From: Octopus bimaculoides
Lineage: Eukaryota
Length of the DNA: 64,000 nt
Direction: 5' to 3'
Assembly: GCF_001194135.2 (NCBI RefSeq)
Contig: NC_068982.1
Location: forward strand, 21,828,752-21,892,751
Shown here: positions 12,617-26,160 of the stretch, one piece after another
Position numbering within the stretch: the stretch's first letter is position 1
How the letters are laid out: every line of letters starts with the position of its first letter
Position numbers and translations under genes: made by a program
The notes under the pieces: generated by a model
The model's database searches: none
What the model saw: the letters and a program-made list of their open reading frames with translations, nothing else
Told to the model about the DNA's origin: nothing

Positions 12617-12739
12617 ATTTAAGTGGGCCACTGTAACTGCGTTTGTCTCCTCATCTGGTGTGCGATTTTTATTTTTTACGTCCCTGGAATTCCGCTATTC
12701 AGCAAAAGAAATCCATACAATAAGTTCCAGACATGAAAG

Positions 12740-12841
12740 ACTATAAGATGATAGGGGTCAATTTGTTCGACTTCAACCCCTCAGGGGCCATACCACTTCA
12801 TGACTACTGTCCAATGACTCAAGCAAGTAAGAGACAGGTAA
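12740..12841 (+). mobile_element. SINE family B, old 3' fragment
   Basis: ggggtcaatttgttcgact..catgactactgtccaatgactcaagcaagtaagag. Confidence 0.55.
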
Positions 12842-13799
12842 ATGACAGAATTTATTTTATGTAGGATCCATTGTATATTTATTCATACTGCAATCCACTT
12901 TATTTTATTAAATCTATCTTTTCTTTTTTTTGCTGAAGTTTTGCAAGCTACTCTATCCAATAAATGTTTTCTACCCATTCTTCTCATGACTAAGTCTCGT
13001 GTCTGATGGAATGCGGTCATAACATCTACAGAGGCAGAAACGCAACTCCACAGAACTGTATTTTCTTCTTAACAGCATCTCAATTTCTGAGAATTCTCGA
13101 GTCTTAAGATTATCTGCCCTTCCCATTTAGTGGTGGTCACGACAGCTACGAAGCATTCGTTCACTTTTCTATCGAGTAGAACATAATATCCATAAATAAA
13201 AGAGGTATACCGTATGGTAGTTAATATAACTTTACTGATACATATATACATATATATACATACATATATATATATATATATATTATATTATATATGCATA
13301 TATATGCATATATATGCGTAGGCACAAATACATATGTATAACATTATGTTCATTTGTACTATCTTCGGCGCCAAACGTATATGAAATATGCCAACTAATA
13401 AATATTGTTTCTTTACATTAACGTCTGGAATCTTTGCTTAACAGATCCTGGTCGGATCCATGGAAAAGTACATGAATGCGCCTGACCCTAGCTTGCTGGA
13501 TTATTCTGTAGTTTTCATATCATACACGTCCTTAGTAGCGCGTGTATATAAGCATAACACACGTGTATACACATGCATATACAACGACAGAGGAGGAATT
13601 ATATCAGAAGGGATAAAGATATAAATATAATAAAAATATAATATCATATGCATTTATGTGTGCGCGTGTATCTTTGTGTGTGTGCGTGTGTTTGTGTGTG
13701 AGCGTGTGTGTGTGTGTAGGCTTCCCTTCAAACAATATTGGGTTATTGTTCTTTTTTATAATACATTAGCCTTTATATTTCTTTATTAATTTTCTAACT

Positions 13800-14000
13800 T
13801 TCTGTGGTAGAGATTCTGTTGGCAGTGGTAATTGTTATTGTTTGGGCGGTGTTTGGAGTGATGATAGTGATTGTTGTTGTTGCTGTTGTTTGTGTTCTTT
13901 TGGCAGCGGCGGTGGTGGTGCTGGTGGTGGTGGTGGTGGTGCTGGTGGTGCTGGTGAGTGGTGGGATTCGTTTTCGTTCTCGCCGTCGTCTTCTTCGTCG
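13800..14000. repeat. (GTT)/(GGT)/(CGT) trinucleotide low-complexity tract
   Basis: Runs of ggt, gtt and cgt triplets; source of the poly-G/P/H/C ORFs. Confidence 0.85.
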
Positions 14001-14365
14001 TTCTGGTTCGTATGCAATTATTCACATTTTATCGATCAAATATCGGGATATGTAGCCGCAAAATGACGGATGTTGTTTGTGCATTCGCTTTGTATTCGCT
14101 ACAATCTTCGTTTATATTAGCTATTATACAATAACCAATAGTGTAATGTGACCTTCCAACCGCCGATGTAATGAGCATGGGAAAATGTGTACACTAACTA
14201 GCTTGCTATATCAATGAGAAATATCGATTTCTAGATTTGGCACATAACCGCAAGAGGTTTTTCTTTTTGTTTCTTTTTTTTTCTCTCTTTAGTCGGGATA
14301 TCGTCGATTAGATCGTCTCCAGTACTTGACTGGTACCTTAATTTATCGATCCCATTTTCATGCAC

Positions 14366-14375
14366 ACATGTGTGT

Positions 14376-14471
<96 letters not shown>
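14366..14471. repeat. (TG)n microsatellite
   Basis: About 100 bp of near-perfect TG repeat. Confidence 0.95.
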
Positions 14472-14474
<3 letters not shown>

Positions 14475-15719
14475 AAGATGTAGAAAGATCGAAGGAGAAA
14501 TCAGGCAAAGTTAAGATTGATGTGATTTAAGCTTATAAATTAAAGGGGACATAACTGACTGCTGCATATCATCTTGGAGCAACATGTACACAGGATTCTG
14601 ACAAGAACGAAAAGTGCATTTCTGGTTAATGTTCAAAGCCAGAAATTTTCATTTCTCGGTTAGGGTGGTGCCTGGTTATATTTGACTGAATCGAATCCGG
14701 CATGTGAAGGATGATTTAATTTACTAAATCTCGGATGAATAAAAGTTAATTTCAGCATCAACAGGTTTTGATTGCGAAACAAAATGAAAAGTAACTGAAT
14801 ACAACATCAATATTTTGTTTGTTGCTCTACTGATTCTACAAATTCAACAAAAGATATTGACAAAAATAAAATTCAAGATTATCATTTCAGATGTGCACTT
14901 TTAAGGCAAGTCACTTGATCCGGAACCTTGTCTTGCAAATGAAATAATTTAACCTTTAAAACATACATAAATTGTTATACTCTCTTCGTTTATTTCATGT
15001 CAGTACTGTCTATTATAAAGGGTCAAAGGGCATCACTGTATTTCTGTGACTTATCAACTGATAAAATTCCAAAATCTAGAATCTGTTACAGACCGAATCG
15101 CTAAGTGTGACGAACCCCTTCGTAAAATAGTATTCTTAAATAGCTAAAATGATTCCACAGCCATGTAATTATACAATATTAAAGTTCTATATATTTTCAT
15201 AAGACATGTATCACACATTAGAGTTTATCGCTACGATATATCTACATATCTACACTATATTCACATAGGATATTAGCTACTAGTTATAGGTCATCACTAT
15301 GTGATGAACAGAAAAGTATGCATACTGGGTATGGAATGGAGAACATAATTCATACCATCAATTCGAATACTGTGGCGTGAATGAGCGCGTGTTTAATTAC
15401 GCAGATTGGAGCCTGATTATTGGGGTTTTCTCATAGTCTCTCAAATATGATGGAAATTCATGAATTAGTAGCTAATGTATTACATACCGTGTTCCAATAA
15501 TATATTTCAAACACTTTTGAAACTTGTCTAAAACCATAAATGAAGATTGTGGGTAGTGGAGGTTTTATTAAGTTTTTCCCAGCTTTATTAAGTTTTTCCC
15601 AGCTTTTATTAAGTTTTACGAAGCTTGGCACCTGTCAGGTGGAGAACCACTGAGTTATCTTTTATTGTTTTCTTGGGGCTCCACATTGGATGATCTGAAC
15701 TGTGAACACAAATAATATT

Positions 15720-15914
15720 CTTTTCTAATTTTGGGGGTTGGGAGCCAGTCGATTAGATGGACCCCAGTACACAACTAGTACTTAATTTATCGACCCCGAA
15801 AGGATGAAAAGCAAAGTCGACCTCGGCGGAATTTGAACTCAGAACGTAGCGGCAGACGAAATACCGCTAAGCACTTCACCCGGCGTGTTAACGTTTCTGC
15901 CAGCTCGCCGCCTT
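15720..15914 (-). mobile_element. SINE family A
   Basis: gtcgacctcggcggaatttgaactcagaacg..aacgtttctgccagctcgccgcc. Confidence 0.9.
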
Positions 15915-15970
15915 AAACACAATATCAGTCCTTACATTACTTACGCCAAAGTACTATACTAGTGAAAATA

Positions 15971-16180
15971 GTTTCAAACTTTGACACAAGGCTAGCAATT
16001 TCAATGGGAGGGGTTAAGATTATTACATCATCCCCAGCTCAACTCGTACTTATTTTATTGATCCCAAAAGGGAGAAGAGTAAAATCGACCTCAGTGGAAT
16101 TTGAAATCAGAACGTAAAGACGGATGAAATACGACTAAGCATTTTAAACGGTGCAGTAACAGCTCTGCCAGTACGTCACC
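15971..16180 (-). mobile_element. SINE family A, older diverged copy
   Basis: atcgacctcagtggaatttgaaatcagaacgtaaagacggatgaaatacgactaagc. Confidence 0.75.
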
Positions 16181-16520
16181 GTACCACTCATATTATTGAC
16201 TATATATGTATCTAGGAGAACTAATGATCAGCAGTTTTGTTAGATTCGAAGATGGCTCAACTCCAGGAACATAGTATGTACCGTTCATGTTTTGATTTGT
16301 TTTGTAACAGTCTGTCACATCGAGCTAGTTGCGTATCCAGATGAAATCGTCATGTTGCTGCGGTTATCATTGCTATTTAGCTGTAGATCAAATTATCCAA
16401 GCTGACATAAGAAGCAAAGACTTAATTAGGAAAATCCTGGAATCAATACAATACAGCTCTAATTAAGGTTTTAGATTCTCTAAAATGAATTACTTATCAT
16501 AACTGTGTTGCAATTGCGGC

Positions 16521-16709
16521 ATAATCCTTTCTATTAGATGCAAAGACAGAAAGATTTAGGGTAGGGATTAGTCGATTACATCGATCCCTGTGCTCAACTG
16601 GTTCTTATTTTTTCTACCATGCAAGGATAGAATGCAAAGACGATCTCAGCGGGATTTAAACTCAGTGTGTAAAGACGGACGAAATGCCGCTAAGCACTTT
16701 TTCCGGTAC
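16521..16709 (-). mobile_element. SINE family A, older diverged copy
   Basis: agtcgattacatcgatccctgtgctcaactgg..gggatttaaactcag..gccgctaagcac. Confidence 0.75.
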
Positions 16710-16810
16710 CAGTTCATGTGTGTTAGTTATAATTGTGTAGCAGTTCCTTGAATTCTGACGGCGTGAGGGAGACAACAATGCTTAGAATTTAAAACTGAAC
16801 AAATAAATAT

Positions 16811-17229
16811 GCTTTTGTACTCTAGGTACACGGCCCGAAATTTTAGGAGAGGGTGCCAGTCGATTAGATCGACCCCAGTACGCAACTGATTCTTAATTTT
16901 TCGATCACGAAAGAATGAAAGGCAAAGCGGACCTCGGCGGAATTTGAACTCAGAACGTACGCTAAGCATTTCACCCAGCGTGGTAACGTTTCTTATTTCT
17001 TTATTGCCCACAAGGGGCTAAACATACAGGGGACAAACAAGGACAGGCAAACGGATTAAGTCGATCGCATCGACCCCAGTGCGTAACTGGTACTTAATTT
17101 TTCGACCACGAAAGGATGAAAGGCAAAGTCGACCTCGGCTGAATTTGAACTCAGAACGCAACGGCAGACGAAATCCCGCTAATCATTTCACCCGCTGTGC
17201 TAACGTTTCTGCCAGCTCGCCGCCTTACA
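16811..17229 (-). mobile_element. SINE family A head-to-tail dimer (tail X then tail Y)
   Basis: One intact head at about 17225; second unit joins at ..aataagaa|acgtt (about 16990). Whole dimer flanked by 14-bp TSD gaacaaataaatat (16797-16810, 17230-17243). Confidence 0.9.
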
Positions 17230-19407
17230 GAACAAATAAATATTGCAAAGCACTGCATCCGAAAACTTCTAGTATTTCATATAAGCTATCAGGATTCGGC
17301 GGACGGTATGCAGATAGCTACATGCATACTGCCCCTAGACGGACTTTCAGTATATGTCTGTGTCAGCTAGCTAGCTAGATAGATAGATAGATTGATAGAT
17401 AGATAGATAGATAGATAGATTCTTAATACTGAGGTTAAGTGCATATAGAATGTCTGTACCATTTTTGAAGTTGTCTCTCAAAATAATTAAAGATTATATC
17501 AAGATTATATATATTTACATTCATTATAAATTTTATGCATGCCTTACTTTCATGTAAGGTCAAATTAAAATAAGTAAATAAATAAAGATATATATATATA
17601 TATGTGTACGATGAGTGAGCTTTTATACGTTTATACGTATTGTTGTTATTATGTTAAGCTGTCGTATGTCCAAATTTGGCCAAATGCGGTTTTTCTATTT
17701 TTGCTTGCATTAGTCGGTTCTTTTAATCAAACTATCGTATCTCCAGCTGCCTCAGATGCCAAGTTATCAAAAGCCGTCCAAGTGTAGCGCAACGGCTTTG
17801 CTATGAAATGGGGAAACTATTTCTTCGTTTTCTGAAAAACGCATCGTTTTGGACTTACGATACTTTTGCATAATAACAACGATATGAATATATGTATATG
17901 AACACATATACATATACACACTCAGATAAATGTATATATGAATAATATATGAATATCTTCGCTAAGTGCATTTGAAGTGGTGCAGTTCACACTGCACATG
18001 TCAATTCGATGGCACAATGTGAAAACTTAATTATTAAAAGTTGGGCGATAGATCCACTGCTTTTACTTTGCCATGTAATATTACAGAATCAAATATAAAT
18101 AACAAACAATATATATAAAAAAAAAATAAGAACAAAATACTTGCTTGTCGAGTACAATTTATGAAAGGGGCATCGGCAGATGGAACTTCCATTCATACAC
18201 ATGCACACCAACACGTCAGGTTCAATTTTTCTGTCTCAAGTATGTGTAAACAAATGCATATATATATATATATATATAAATATNNNNNNNNNNNNNNNNN
18301 NNNNNNNNNNNNNNNNNNNNNNNNNNNNNNNNNNNNNNNNNNNNNNNNNNNNNNNNNNNNNNNNNNNNNNNNNNNNNNNNNNNNNNNNNNNNNNNNNNNN
18401 NNNNNNNNNNNNNNNNNNNNNNNNNNNNNNNNNNNNNNNNNNNNNNNNNNNNNNNNNNNNNNNNNNNNNNNNNNNNNNNNNNNNNNNNNNNNNNNNNNNN
18501 NNNNNNNNNNNNNNNNNNNNNNNNNNNNNNNNNNNNNNNNNNNNNNNNNNNNNNNNNNNNNNNNNNNNNNNNNNNNNNNNNNNNNNNNNNNNNNNNNNNN
18601 NNNNNNNNNNNNNNNNNNNNNNNNNNNNNNNNNNNNNNNNNNNNNNNNNNNNNNNNNNNNNNNNNNNNNNNNNNNNNNNNNNNNNNNNNNNNNNNNNNNN
18701 NNNNNNNNNNNNNNNNNNNNNNNNNNNNNNNNNNNNNNNNNNNNNNNNNNNNNNNNNNNNNNNNNNNNNNNNNNNNNNNNNNNCATGCATACATACATAT
18801 ATGTATATATATATATTTATACGCAACATGTGTATGTGCGAGACAGTAATGTTCCGCAGCAAATCTGGATTTCATAAATTATAGTCGACGTATTAGTTGT
18901 ATGATTTATATAATATTATTTTATTTTTTACTTGCCTTGCATTACTTTTGATTTTGAGTTGCCATTTGTGTCTTTCTCTACTGCTACATGGTGCAGCAGA
19001 ACCGATAACCCTATCGCTCACCATTTGTAATTAAGTTCCCACGCTGGCCGACCAAATGACATGTTCGGTGTGGACTTAACACTTCAATGGCGTTTAATTC
19101 AAGAAGACTTTTTTTACGTTGGTATTCAGGAAACGCTTTCGTACAGTTACTTCTGATAGAAATCTGCCTTGCCTCTTGAAGAGAGTTTATAGAACTTCGG
19201 GTAATTTAGACAAAACTGCATGTAATGTTTAGTTGTTGTTGTTGTTGTTTTTTCTTCTGTTTTTGAACACTAATAATGCGTTTGAAAATATGCAATAATA
19301 CTGAATATAATTGTTCGAATATGAAATTAGAGTTTAAAAACCAACCATTGCAGCAAAGGCCATCGGTATTACTCGCGATACACGTTTAGGTCTTCAATAT
19401 GTTTCGA

Positions 19408-19794
19408 CTGTTGTTGTTGGCACTCCGTCGCTTACGACGATGAGGGTTCCAGTTGATTCGATCAACGGAACAGCTTGCTCGTGAAATTAACGTGCAAGTG
19501 GCTGAACATTCCACAGACACGTGTACCCTTAACGTAGTTCTCGAGGATATTCAGCGTGACAGTGTGACAAGGCTGACCCTTTGAATTACAGGCACAACAG
19601 AAACAGGAAGTAAGAGTGAGAGAAAGTTGTGGTGGAAGACTGCAGCAGGGTTCGCCACCACTCCTTGTCGGAGTCTCGTGGAGCTTTAGGTGTTTTCGCT
19701 CAATAAACACTCACAACGCCTGGTCTGGGAATCAAAACCGCGATCCTATGACCGCGAGTCCGCTGCCCTAGCCACTGAGCCATTGCGCCTCCAC
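19408..19794 (-). mobile_element. tRNA-derived SINE family D, tail type 2, full length, (CAA)n 3' end
   Basis: Head gtggaggcgcaatggctcagtggctagggcagcgg..ggttttgattcc. 12-bp TSD aatatgtttcga at 19396-19407 and 19795-19806. Confidence 0.92.
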
Positions 19795-19988
19795 AATATG
19801 TTTCGATAAACAATTGGTTACATGAATGATTTTAATGCGTGTGTGGTGCTAAGGCGGAGGTCTGACGGAGTGGTGAACATTTGAGCTTCAGAACGAGGAA
19901 AAATAAACTAATACATGTCAGAGAGAGAGAGAAACACACGGACATAGAGATAGACAGCCAGACCAGCCAGCCAGCCAGCCAGACAGCC

Positions 19989-20027
<39 letters not shown>

Positions 20028-20053
20028 TATATAGATAGATAATGTACTGTAAG

Positions 20054-20283
20054 GTGCTGAGCTGGCAGAAACGTAAGCACGCCGGGCGAAATGCTTAGCG
20101 GTATTTTATCTTTTGTTACGTTCTGAGTTCAAATTTCGCCGAGGTCGACTTTGCCTTTCATCCTTTCGGGATCGATAAATTAAGTACCAGTTATGCACTG
20201 GGATCGATGTAACCGACTGAATCCGTTTGTCTGTCCTTGTTTGTCCCTTCTATGTTTAGCCCCTTGTGTGCAATAAAGAAATA
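20054..20283 (+). mobile_element. SINE family A monomer, full length
   Basis: A/B boxes and tail X. Flanking direct repeat agataatgta(c/g)tgtaag (20037-20053, 20284-20300; 16/17 identical). Confidence 0.92.
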
Positions 20284-22646
20284 AGATAATGTAGTGTAAG
20301 CTCTTGGTAAGGCGGTTTACCTTAAGTTCCATTTTTCTCACGTTTCATGAATCGGTGACTTTCTGTCACTTCGCATCAGAGCAGCAGGAGCGGATGATGT
20401 TTTTTTCCTCTAGCCAGCCCTTTTTCTACAATTTACCCAAAATTCAGATCACCCCTACAATCTCTTAACTACTTGCCGCCGCCTTTAACGACACCTTTTT
20501 CAATACAAATGAGCGTCCTTCATTCTTTAGTAATTTTCCTTACCCAAGCTTCATCCACATGTAACTACGGTACTTCACATAACTACGGTACTTCACATAA
20601 AGTCCTTATTAACAATATCTATATCTGTAAATCTTCATCGATTTTGACATTATCATCAGTAATATTACGTGGTACGACACCATCAATCTGAAGCAGTGGA
20701 TGTGATTATTTATCTTGCTTTATAAACTTCTATCTGGCTTGATAGTCCTGTTTTCATTTTTCGATTCAGAACTACATTGCATATAATGTCTAACTAATAT
20801 AGCTTAGCTTTGCAAATTTCAGAACCTAATATATACATAATATTATATAATTTTTTTCCAACACTTATTTCTGATCAAAAAATTTAACGAATCTATTTGC
20901 AGTTCTTGCATAATCTACCCGTCCCTTGCCTATAACCCTATTTGTATTGAATTCATGTGTAATAAATCGACGTTAGCTAGCATGAGGGCGTTTTATGCAT
21001 GAGAGCAATGAAACAGCCATATCACATCATTTTAGAAAAACATAACATCAAAACAAATTATAGCCTATGTGTCGTATGTAATTTATCATTTAAGCATCGA
21101 CAGCTTCCAAGGTTCAACGATAAACAAATTTACATTAATGATTCAAATAAGACAGCGGTAGTGTTACTTTACCGAATCGCTGAGTTTCCTCCTGAACTGC
21201 CAGCGGGTCGAAATATCCACGTAGACTTGTCAAAGAAGTCAATGGTTACTTTATGCTATAACAACGAAAGGTTTCATGCTTCCCGTTGTTCTTGCAACGA
21301 TGAAACAGCATGACTTATTTGTTGCTCATCTTGAAAGACAGCGCTAAAAAAGTTGTACAGAGAATGCTAATGCTCAATTGAATTTATGATTAACTGTAGC
21401 TAATTCGCCATACAAGTACAAGCGTAGTCAAAAATAACTGAAACATTTCTGACAGTGGAATCAAGAACAAATAACCAAATAGGTTTTGATGAACTCTTCT
21501 TTCAGTATGTGCGTCATGGTCCTAATACAACCAAGTGATTTGTATTCAATGCGTAGAAAGTAAGTAGCAAATCCGTGAGACATTTTACCCAAAGCTTTGA
21601 CGAATCAACCAGTTATCTCCCCTTTGTTCGCTGTCACTGATCAAAAAGCAGAAGTAGTAGACGGCCGACATCAAGCAGAAGAAGGCAACGTTAAAACATG
21701 CTTTTTGTTCGTAAGAGATCTTAAGCTTTGTTCTCAGAGTACAAACATGATAATGACTGTTTTGCTCCGTCTTGATTCGACCAGACTAAAACAAGAAAGG
21801 AATGTACACACAAAACACCGCCTTTCAACAACCGCATAACCACTTTACAAAAAATTCATTAAAGATTGCCAAACAGCAGACGTATTCACATGCAAAGAAA
21901 TCGTTAACACAGAACTATAAATAATTAACAAAATTCAGAGATGCACCGTGCGATCAAAAACCTCCTAATCTGCCTAAACGGATTCGATTCCCAATAGATT
22001 CACAAATCTATTTCATTTTTAATACATGTTCAGCTTAAATATTCAGTTCTGTTTCCGTCTCGATTGGTATACAATTCAATCTACATAAGAACACTATGAA
22101 CAATTTTGTTTACTTAAAAAATTGGTATCAATATTTTCCTTTGGCATCAATTTCCTTCTTCAAAGTGCTCTAACATAATTCAGAAATTATCAGTGAAAGT
22201 ATCGCTCTATGAATTTTTCTTTTTACGGTAAAAATTAATTTCCATACCTTATCGAAAATCTTAAAGCAAATGAAACATTGATTGAGTGGATAAAATTCTA
22301 TTTCAGTACAAACACCAAACCACACTTTTGTTCATGAGTGGGCACAGTAAAGAGAGTCGACTTTATTTCTCCGAATTAGATAAAGACCGTCATAATTCAG
22401 CAAAAATATGTTTTGTATTTGATCTGTTTCTCAATCTTACGCTTGATTATACATACATACGTACATATATACTTATATACATGCAGTCATAAATACATAC
22501 ATACATACATACATGCATATATACATATTCTACGAATCTTCATAAGCTGGGCTGTACAACTGGCATCGCTATATTTGTGTTCCAGCTGTAATCTGTCAGA
22601 AACACTATAAAAGTATAAAAAATATCCAAGTTTGGTATATAGTAAT

Positions 22647-22746
<100 letters not shown>

Positions 22747-23325
22747 ATGATTCAGGTAAAAGTTTTGCTATAGACTTCGTTACCATACGGCCGTTTCTGC
22801 TATAAGATAGTGTGCACCCGTGGTTAAGTGCTTGAATCACGAATGACCCTTCCATTTTTTCCCCCTGTCACTCTGTTTTCCCTGTCCGCCTTTGTATAGT
22901 CTATATGTCCGGATGTTTAATTGTCCTTTATTGCGTTTTAGTTCCATTTTTATACACAGGCACACACACACACTCACACACACACACACATACACACATA
23001 CAAACACACACATAGATATGCAGACATATTTCTGTACATAAGTCAAAACATGCGGATCCGTACTTGCAGTCATCGGAGCCTCGAATATGAAACGTCATAT
23101 TTGCGGCTCCGACGAAGCTATCAAATGTTATTCAGGCACTGAACTACGAGTACCCCACCATCTAATAGCAAAAACATTTGTAAGCTAATGAAGTTCAGAA
23201 TACAACTACCGTTTTTCGTGAATCATCTCTCTTAGTTATTACCGCTCTATACATGTCTTTGTTCTGAAACATACGTATCTTGGGTACTAAACCAGGTTAT
23301 TAGTCTCGCGATATGAAAGCGAAAT

Positions 23326-23326
<1 letters not shown>

Positions 23327-23418
<92 letters not shown>
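23327..23418. repeat. (AGAT)n microsatellite
   Basis: Perfect tetranucleotide run; similar runs at about 17375, 26570, 45007 and 61660. Confidence 0.95.
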
Positions 23419-24007
23419 CTGACACATATATAGACATGCAAACAGGTTTGTGTTCATATCCATAAGTCAAAGTAGGTGGATCCCTACATGCAATTATATC
23501 CATGACTGCACTCTTTCTTCTNNNNNNNNNNTTGTGTTCATATCCATAAGTCAAAGTAGGTGGATCCCTACATGCAATTATATCCATGACTGCACTCTTT
23601 CTTCTGTGACTATGCTCATAAACATGTACATGCATGCTTATATGCATACAAGCATGCACACATACACACATGGACATGTGTCTGTGAGTGTGAGTGTGCT
23701 TGCGTGTGTGTGAGTGAGTGTGTTTGCTTGTCCAGTAAACGTACTTGGTAACCTTCTCGTATTACTGCAATCCATGTTTATTTGTCTCTATGCATCACAA
23801 TAAAATGCCAAGTTCTAAATTCAACATATAGCGTTTCTCGGGTTCTCTGTCATTGAAGTAGTCTTTTTAGTTAATTATCCAGTTTATTCCTGATTGAAGA
23901 GCTGTTGACACATAGAGAAAACTCCAGTGTAACAGGCAAGTGGGTCAAACTCAATTAAGCGTTCTTGTGCACACTCACACATACACACACACACACATCG
24001 ACACAAG

Positions 24008-24073
<66 letters not shown>

Positions 24074-24254
24074 NNNNNNNNNNNNNNNNNNNNNNNNNNN
24101 NNNNNNNNNNNNNNNNNNNNNNNNNNNNNNNNNNNNNNNNNNNNNNNNNNNNNNNNNNNNNNNNNNNNNNNNNNNNNNNNNNNNNNNNNNNNNNNNNNNN
24201 NNNNNNNNNNNNNNNNNNNNNNNNNNNNNNNNNNNNNNNNNNNNNNNNNNNNNN

Positions 24255-24286
<32 letters not shown>

Positions 24287-24406
24287 TATACATACATATA
24301 TATATATACACACACACAAACACACACATGTATATATATATATGTGTGTGTGTGTGTGAGTGCGTGTATGTATGTATACACACACATACACACAAAAGGT
24401 ATATTA

Positions 24407-25622
24407 TTAAGTTGTCGAATATGAAATCTGTAGAAAAGAACAAAATGTTTGCTAATGCCTTATAAATACAAGGAATACATTTATTCATCAAAGTATGCAC
24501 CCATATTGTCAATGCCCTATTGCCATTTCAGCGGCAGCTTGTCCAGCCCGGAACTGTAAAAGCCTGGCAATCTAGAGTCGATAAAATCTTGGAAGACCTG
24601 TTTTACAGCATCGTCGGAATTAAATTTGTTCCTATCAAAAAGTTATCCAAGTTCTGGAAGAAGTGGTAGTCAGTGGGGACAAGATTACGTGAATATGGTA
24701 GATGATGGAGAACTTCCAACTCCAACTCCTATAGTTTCGACAATGTCATTTTTGCGATGTGTCATCTGGCGTTGTCTTACAATAAAATATGAGTGGATCT
24801 GTTGAATAATCTAGACTACATGTTTTTTTTGTTTTTTTTTGGTAAGTTTCTGCATCATTTGGTCTATTTTGCTGCAGTATACTTCGGCCGTGATTGATGA
24901 GCCAGGTTTAATGAGAGTATAATGGATCACACCTGCGCCAAACATACACCATCAGCTTCTTTTGATGAATTTTGCTTTTTCGACTGTGTTTTAGTGGCTC
25001 GTCTTTGTCCAAACCATTGTTCTGCACGTTTACGGTTATTGTACTGGATCCACTTCTCATCACATGTTACAATTCGATTAAAAAATGATTCATATTTGTG
25101 ACGAGAAAGTAGCATAGTGCAGGTTTCCAAACGTTGCTGTTTCTGACTTTCGTTGAGTTCATGTGGAACCCACTTATCCAACTTTTTCACTTTATCGATT
25201 TGAACTTGGTGAGTCAATATTGTTTGCTTGCTAACAACAAACAACAACGATTATTCACGGGTACTTTGAGATGGATCTGATCCGACGGTGGCTTTCAGTT
25301 CATCAATATCCCCCTTTGTTTCTGGTCGACTGCGTTGCTCATTTGTGAGGTCAAAGTTACCAGAACGAAATTTTGCAAACCAATATGATACTGTCAGCTG
25401 TGTAATAACATTAAAATGAAATACTCCCTTAACATTCCGTGGTGTCTGTGATGCTGTATTTCCAAGAAAGAACTCATATTTCAAAACAACGAACTTCTGA
25501 ACTTATCCATCTCTAAGTTTCTAACAAAAAATAAAGATTGCAAAATATAATAATGGCGAAAAATGAGCAGTTGTCAAACTTTAACATATAACTTATTACA
25601 AATTGTATACTTGACTGCCTAA
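24407..25622 (-). mobile_element. Decayed mariner DNA transposon (Hsmar1/cecropia-like), about 1.2 kb
   Basis: Degenerate TIRs (ttaagttgtcgaatatgaaat.. vs ttaggcagtcaagtatacaat..) with TA at 24405-06 and 25623-24. Transposase relic inside. Confidence 0.88.
24481..25510 (-). pseudogene. Mariner D,D34D transposase pseudogene
   Basis: HTH region (KYEFFLGNTASQTPRN..WFAKFRSGNFDL), KKLDKWVPHEL, RIVTCDEKWI, DNAR*H, PYSRNLVPTDYHFF (YSPDLAP.D motif), C-terminus ..GAYFDE*. Several frameshifts and stops. Confidence 0.92.
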
Positions 25623-25934
25623 TAGAAGCCACTAGCCCGATGTGCCACACAAGGGGACTGAACTAGGATCATATAGTCGGGAAGCGACCATATACCTTAG
25701 AAATAATGATATCTTCTTATAGAAATCCCTAGCATCATGTTTAGTGGTTCTTACCAATGACTTGGGTCTTCTACAACCTTGAGAGTAAACTCAGACAGAG
25801 CAGATGTGAAAGCCCGGCAGATAGAACGTCTCTGTAATTCGAAGTTCCAGCTTTTGTCTAACAGATTATACATGAGGTTTACTGGAAGGACGCAAATGTC
25901 TGTGAACTCCTGAATGGTACAGATGGTACAGCGC

Positions 25935-25984
<50 letters not shown>

Positions 25985-26023
25985 CACCCTCTCTCCCTCT
26001 CTGTCTTTTATATATATAAAATG

Positions 26024-26160
26024 TAGCGGTTCGGCAAAATAGACCGACAGAATAAGTACTAAGTTTGCAAAGAATAAATCCTGGGGTCGATTTGCTCGAC
26101 TAAAGACGCCGCTTCAGCATGGCAGCAGTCGAATGACTGAAACAAGTAAAATAAAAAATA
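26024..26160 (+). mobile_element. SINE family B, 3' fragment
   Basis: tagcggttcggcaaaatagaccgacagaataagtac..ggggtcgatttgctcgactaaag..gactgaaacaag. Confidence 0.85.

Noticed and set aside
13786-14066. Gly/Pro/His/Cys-rich ORFs
   Set aside because: Trinucleotide low-complexity tract open in several frames; no splice or domain support.
15574-15620. Short tandem duplications (21-bp x3 here; 18-bp x2 at about 20560-20597)
   Set aside because: Ordinary slippage products.
23073-23112. 16-bp hairpin tcggagcc..ggctccga
   Set aside because: Isolated, with no CTRR end or second copy to assign it.
23448-23605. Exact 74-bp tandem duplication
   Set aside because: The copies sit either side of a 10-N gap, typical of an unmerged contig overlap.
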